DNA from: Gemmatimonadota bacterium
GTDB lineage: Bacteria > Gemmatimonadota > Gemmatimonadetes > Gemmatimonadales > GWC2-71-9
Length of the DNA stretch: 64,000 nucleotides
Direction: 5' to 3'
NCBI GenBank assembly: GCA_016704275.1
Contig: JADJAK010000005.1
Span: 107,473 to 171,472, forward strand
Shown here in pieces: positions 58,840 through 64,000 of this stretch. Position numbers and translations under genes: made by a program. The notes beneath the pieces are model-generated. The model was given only the letters and a program-made list of their open reading frames with translations, searched no databases and was not told the origin of the DNA. How positions within the stretch are numbered: the first letter of the stretch is position 1; every line of letters starts with the position of its first letter.

Positions 58840-59822
58840 GGCGCCTCGCCTTGCTGCTTCTGCTGGCCTGGGTTGCGCCGCTCGCTGCGCAGGATGGTCG
58901 CGTCCACGTGCTGCTCGTCACCGGATTGGGTGGCGAGCCGGCAGAGGGACGCGGCTTCGTCGAGGCGGCGACGCAGATTCACGAGACGGCGCGGACCCGG
59001 TGGGGCGTGGCCGACTCGTCGCTGATTTTCCTGGCGGAACGACCGGCCGAAGACTCAGCCCGAATCAGCGGTCGCTCGACGCGGGAGGAGATTGCGGCGG
59101 CGATGCTGCGCCTCTCCCGGCGTGCGGCGGCCGGCGATGTGCTGCTAGTGGTCGTGATCGGACATGGCAGTGGCGAGGGAGCGGAGTCCCGAGTGAACCT
59201 CCCCGGGCCGGATCCGACGGCCGCGGAGTGGAATCTCTGGCTCTCGGGCTTTGCCCAGCAGACCGTGGTGGCCATCGTGGCCGCAAGCGGCAGCGGCGAT
59301 TTCTTGCCGCAGCTGTCCGGGACGAATCGCGTGGTCATGACCGCCACCAAGAGCCCCAGCGAACGCAACGCCTCGATCTTTGCGTCGCGCATCTCTCGCG
59401 CGCTTTCCAGCGGGGACGCCGACGCCGACAAGGATGGCGCGGTCTCGGCCCTCGAGGCGTATCGCTTTGCGAAGGCCGCGGTGGCGCGTGCCTACGACGA
59501 CGACAAGAAGCTGCTGACCGAGCACGCCCAGCTCGATGACAATGGTGACAAGCTCGGCAGCGTCGATCCCGGTGTTGCCCCGTCGCTCGACGGCGCGCTG
59601 GCAGGCCGCACCACCTTCCAACGCCGGGCCGAGAGCACCGACCCCCGGATCGTGGCGCTGATCGCGGAGCGTCGTGCGCTCGAAGCACAGCTGTCCGCGT
59701 TGCGGGCACGGAAGGCGTCGACGGACTCGACGGTCTACGAACGGGACCTCGAGAATCTGCTGCTTGAGATTGCCAAGCGGACGCGCGCCATTCGGCAGAT
59801 CGAACAGGGCGGGCCACGATGA
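58836..59822 (+). CDS. Clan CD / C13 (legumain)-like protein with Ser at the nucleophile position
   Basis: The GTG at 58836 overlaps the previous stop and is followed by a signal peptide. VVVIGHGSGEG (His, 59163-59165) and VVAIVAASGSGDF (Ser, 59286-59288) parallel legumain DHGS and IEACESGSM. A coiled-coil C-terminus follows. Confidence 0.55.
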   Translation: MRRLALLLLLAWVAPLAAQDGRVHVLLVTGLGGEPAEGRGFVEAATQIHETARTRWGVADSSLIFLAERPAEDSARISGRSTREEIAAAMLRLSRRAAAGDVLLVVVIGHGSGEGAESRVNLPGPDPTAAEWNLWLSGFAQQTVVAIVAASGSGDFLPQLSGTNRVVMTATKSPSERNASIFASRISRALSSGDADADKDGAVSALEAYRFAKAAVARAYDDDKKLLTEHAQLDDNGDKLGSVDPGVAPSLDGALAGRTTFQRRAESTDPRIVALIAERRALEAQLSALRARKASTDSTVYERDLENLLLEIAKRTRAIRQIEQGGPR

Positions 59823-62266
59823 GACGCCTCCTTGGAGTGCTGTTCCTGCTCGTCGTGCCGGGCGCACTCGAAGCCCAGCAGTCGTCGGCCTCAGCGGTCC
59901 GCCGCCTCGCGGACGCGGGCCAGCTTGCTGCCGCGGAGTCGTTGGCCAGGAGCGGGGGCGCCGCACTGCAGCCGGTCCTCGGCGATATCCTCGTGCTCCG
60001 CGGACAACTGCCCGCCGCCGACTCGGTGTACGCTGGCGTCGGTCCACGTTCCCGAGCGGCCCAGGTCGGTCGCGCCGAGATCGCACTGCGTCGTGGCGAC
60101 CGTGCCTCGGCGGTGCAGCTGGCGCAGCTGGTGACCCAGGCCTACACGCAACGCGCCGCCGAATGGAGCGTGGAGGATCGTGTCGCCGCGGGACGCGCCT
60201 ACCTCATCCTCGGTGGGGATGCGGCCACGGTCCGCAGTGCACTCGCGGCCTTCGATGCGGCCGCCAAGGCCGATCCGGCGGACCCCGACGCCTCGCTCCG
60301 CGTGGCCGACCTCTTCCTCGACAAGTACAACGCGCCCGATGCCGAAGCGGAGTACCGCGCGGTGCTCCAGCGCGACAGCAGCAACGCCCGCGCCCGCCTC
60401 GGTCTCGCCAAGGTGATGGCGTTCCTCGGCGACGGGAAGGCGCTCCCGGCGGTGCGTGGGGCGCTCCAAAGCAATCCGCGTCTCGTTCCAGCGGAACTCC
60501 TGCTCGCGCGGCTGCACCTCGAGGCCGAGGCATACGACTCTGCCTCGGCGGCGGTCGACCGGGCGCTGGCGGTGGATTCGACGGCGATGGCGGCCTGGGC
60601 CACGCGCGCGGCGATCGCCTGGCTGCGCGCCGACACGACCGCCTGGCGCGCTGCGGAACGTCGGGCCCTCGCCATCAACCCGCTGGCCACCGAGTTCTAT
60701 GCGGAACTCGGGGAGACCGCGGCGCGAGTGCGTCGCTATGCCGATGCCGCACGGTACGCGGCGCAGGGTGCCGCACTCGATAGCCTCGCCCCGCGCGTGC
60801 TCGGGGTCCTCGGCGTCAATGAACTCCGCCTCGGTCGCGTGGCATCGGCCAGACAGTCCCTGGGTCGTGCCTTCGCACTCGATCCATTCAATCTCTGGCA
60901 CAAGAACACGCTCGACTTGCTCGATCGGCTCGATGGTTTTCGCACCGTGAAGAGTGCGCGCTTCGAGCTCGTCATGCCGGCCGCCGAGGCCGACCTGCTG
61001 TCGCTCTACCTGGTGCCGCTGCTGGAGTCGGCCTACGACTCCCTCGCGCTGCGCTACGGTTACCGCCCGCCGACGCCAATCCGCCTTGAGCTCTACGATC
61101 GACATGCCGACTTCTCGGTGCGCACCAGCGGTCTCGCGGGCATCGGGGCGCTCGGCGTCTCCTTCGGGACGGTGCTGGCGATGGACGCTCCCGCGGCCCG
61201 TGCGCCGGGCGATTTCAACTACGCGTCGACGGCGTGGCACGAACTGGCACACACCTTCACGCTCGGCCTCTCGGACAACCGGGTGCCGCGGTGGATTTCC
61301 GAAGGCCTGTCGGTTCTCGAGGAACGGCGTACCGGGCATGGGTGGGGGATGCAGGTCTCGCTCACCTTCCTCGAGACCGTCGCGGCGGGGAAGCTGCTGC
61401 CGGTCAGCCGGATCAACGAAGGATTGGTGCGGCCGAGCTATCCGGAGCAGATCGGCGACAGTTACCTGCAGGCCTCGCTGGTCTGCGAGATGATCGAGGC
61501 GGAGCACGGTGTCGCGGCATTGCGGGCGATGCTGGCCGGCTTTGCACGCGGTTGGGACATGGCGACGGTGCTGCAACGGACGGTCCGGCTGACACCCGCG
61601 GCGTTCGACGCGCACTTCGATCAGTGGCTGCGCGCACGGTATGCCATCCCGTTGGCGGCGATCGGCACAACGAGCGCCGGGGCCCCGACCCCGAACCCGA
61701 TCCGGCTGGCCGTGAAGGAAGGGAGCACGCTCCTGGCCTCGGGGCAGGTGGCGGCCGGGCTCGCTCGATTGGCCGAAGCGGAGCGACTCTTCCCCGGGTA
61801 TCCTGCGGCGGATGGTCCGGCATGGCCCCTCGCCAAGCACTACGCCGCGACGGGGCGACCGGCCGACGCGGCGCCCCTGCTCGCGCGGATCACCGCCCAG
61901 GGCGAAACGGCGCTCGAGCCGAACCTGTTGCAGGCGACGGTGCTCGAGCAGTTGGGCAACCCCGGCGGCGCCGCCGATGCCGTGCAGCGAGCGCTCTGGA
62001 TTGCCCCACGGGACATTGCCCGACATGAATGGCTCGCGCGGCTGGCGGATCAGTCCGGCCGCTTCGCGCTGGCGGTGCAGGAGCGGCGGGCGGTCATTGC
62101 CCTGCGACCGCCGAATCCGTTGGAGGCCAGGTACCAGTTGGCCAAGGCGCTGCAGCGCGCCGGAGGTGTTGCCGCCGCCCGCACCGAGCTCTTGCGCATC
62201 CTTGAGGAAGCGCCCGGCTTCGAGAAGGCCCAGGAACTCCTGCTCGACCTGCGAGGAGGGAAGTGA
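59819..62266 (+). CDS. TPR-repeat protein with embedded HExxH (MA-clan-like) metallopeptidase motif
   Basis: 815-aa ORF with a signal peptide. TPR-like helices flank both sides of a central region containing STAWHELAHTF (HELAH at 61238-61252) and a downstream E (WISEGLSVLEE). Confidence 0.6.
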   Translation: MRRLLGVLFLLVVPGALEAQQSSASAVRRLADAGQLAAAESLARSGGAALQPVLGDILVLRGQLPAADSVYAGVGPRSRAAQVGRAEIALRRGDRASAVQLAQLVTQAYTQRAAEWSVEDRVAAGRAYLILGGDAATVRSALAAFDAAAKADPADPDASLRVADLFLDKYNAPDAEAEYRAVLQRDSSNARARLGLAKVMAFLGDGKALPAVRGALQSNPRLVPAELLLARLHLEAEAYDSASAAVDRALAVDSTAMAAWATRAAIAWLRADTTAWRAAERRALAINPLATEFYAELGETAARVRRYADAARYAAQGAALDSLAPRVLGVLGVNELRLGRVASARQSLGRAFALDPFNLWHKNTLDLLDRLDGFRTVKSARFELVMPAAEADLLSLYLVPLLESAYDSLALRYGYRPPTPIRLELYDRHADFSVRTSGLAGIGALGVSFGTVLAMDAPAARAPGDFNYASTAWHELAHTFTLGLSDNRVPRWISEGLSVLEERRTGHGWGMQVSLTFLETVAAGKLLPVSRINEGLVRPSYPEQIGDSYLQASLVCEMIEAEHGVAALRAMLAGFARGWDMATVLQRTVRLTPAAFDAHFDQWLRARYAIPLAAIGTTSAGAPTPNPIRLAVKEGSTLLASGQVAAGLARLAEAERLFPGYPAADGPAWPLAKHYAATGRPADAAPLLARITAQGETALEPNLLQATVLEQLGNPGGAADAVQRALWIAPRDIARHEWLARLADQSGRFALAVQERRAVIALRPPNPLEARYQLAKALQRAGGVAAARTELLRILEEAPGFEKAQELLLDLRGGK

Positions 62267-63036
62267 TGATCCGAACTAGCTGGCGCCCGCTGCTCGTCGG
62301 GGCCGTGTTGCTTGTCGGTGGTACCGCCCTGTCGGCACAGCGGGGCGGGGGCTATCCGACCGAGATCAACAACGTCCCGTATGACGGCCGCTTTACGTAC
62401 GCCCGCATCAAGTACACCGCGGTCGACATGGGTCGTGGCGGCTTCCGTGGCCGCTTCGATCCGATGTGGAACCATGACTATCCACGTTCCGATCGGACCT
62501 TTCCGCAGATCCTCTCGGAGCTGAGCACCATCAAGGCGCGCATCGACGGCAGCGTGGTGTACACCGCCGACGACCCGCTCCTGCATCGCTTCCCGGTGGC
62601 GTATCTCTGCGAGGTCGGGGCGTGGGTGCCGAGCGAGGCGGAGGTCGTCGGGCTGCGGAGCTACCTGGTCAAGGGCGGCTTCGTGATCGTCGATGACTTT
62701 GGCGGCGCGCAGGAACTCGACAACTTCGATCGGCAGCTCGCCCGGGTCCTCCCGGGGACGCGCCGGATCCGGCTCGACGTGAGTCATCCGCTCTTCGACA
62801 CCTTCTACCAGATCACCGACCTTTCCTTCGGTGAGGCGTTCGGGCGGAGTGCCGGTCCGGAACTGTACGGCATCTTCCAGGACAACGACCCCGCCAAGCG
62901 GTTGATGATGGTGGTCAACTACAACTACGACATCTCGGAGCGGTGGGAGTGGTCCTTCACCGGCCGCGATCCGCTGCCCACTGGCGATGCCTTCAAGTTG
63001 GGCATCAACTACGTGATCTACTCCTTCACTCACTGA
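62263..63036 (+). CDS. DUF4159-domain protein
   Basis: 257-aa ORF with a signal peptide. The motifs NVPYDGRFTYARIKY, WNHDYPRSDR, HRFPVAYLCEVG, GGFVIVDDFGG and INYVIYSFTH are present. Confidence 0.7.
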   Translation: MMIRTSWRPLLVGAVLLVGGTALSAQRGGGYPTEINNVPYDGRFTYARIKYTAVDMGRGGFRGRFDPMWNHDYPRSDRTFPQILSELSTIKARIDGSVVYTADDPLLHRFPVAYLCEVGAWVPSEAEVVGLRSYLVKGGFVIVDDFGGAQELDNFDRQLARVLPGTRRIRLDVSHPLFDTFYQITDLSFGEAFGRSAGPELYGIFQDNDPAKRLMMVVNYNYDISERWEWSFTGRDPLPTGDAFKLGINYVIYSFTH

Positions 63037-63049
63037 CAGAGGCCCCGGC

Positions 63050-64000
<951 letters not shown>

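Overview
This is a GC-rich, densely coding bacterial chromosomal segment. The gene content (DUF2723, DUF5916/CBM9, FlgD/T9SS-like C-terminal domains, a MoxR/DUF4159/VWA cluster) suggests a Gemmatimonadota-like or FCB-type Gram-negative, but that is inference only because no search was possible. All family names come from motif recognition in the supplied translations.

Gene order:
- 1-4.9 kb: a translationally coupled type IV pilus/secretin module (PilN/O/P-like, secretin, GspE/PilB ATPase).
- 5-7 kb: an ArsB/NhaD-type permease and a PepSY protein.
- 7.2-12 kb: a lysine/DAP operon (M20 DapE-like, lysC, dapB, dapA, dapD).
- 12-17.3 kb, minus strand: BNR/Ycf48-like, DUF2723, purH, purN.
- 17.4-20.1 kb: a DUF5916/CBM9-like outer-membrane protein.
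- 20.1-25.1 kb, minus strand: an operon of gmhB, an Ig-like lipoprotein, valS and a BON protein.
- 25.1-34.5 kb: thrS, thiolase, hbd, Leu dehydrogenase, rpiB, glyA, a Minf_1886-like protein and an M28 peptidase.
- 34.5-40.2 kb: nnr, a Reg_prop beta-propeller lipoprotein, thiL, eno and an ftsB-like gene.
- 40.3 kb: tRNA-Met(CAU).
- 40.5-56.5 kb: a more accessory stretch with an orphan sensor kinase, a TonB-dependent receptor, three 6-bladed beta-propeller paralogs (one decayed), a lipoprotein, a tail-anchored tandem pseudokinase, a large secreted protein with a sorting-type C-terminal domain, a Ser/Thr kinase-TPR protein and small secreted proteins.
- 56.6-64 kb: a MoxR-associated cluster (VWA/GATase1-like membrane protein, C13-like protein, TPR-HExxH protein, DUF4159, MoxR).

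Most interesting signals:
1. A candidate Lys-codon leader-peptide transcription attenuator sits directly upstream of the lysine operon (6982-7186).
2. Heptamer-based palindromic repeat elements lie in three consecutive intergenic gaps (28.3, 29.2 and 30.4 kb).
3. At least 13 frameshifts are concentrated in 34.85-38.4 kb, with four isolated ones elsewhere.
4. A tandem pseudokinase is present at 48.2-49.3 kb.
5. A legumain-like protein has its nucleophile Cys replaced by Ser.

No transposase, integrase, CRISPR array, rRNA or recognisable defence genes were seen. The many long ORFs antisense to real genes are GC-driven artefacts.
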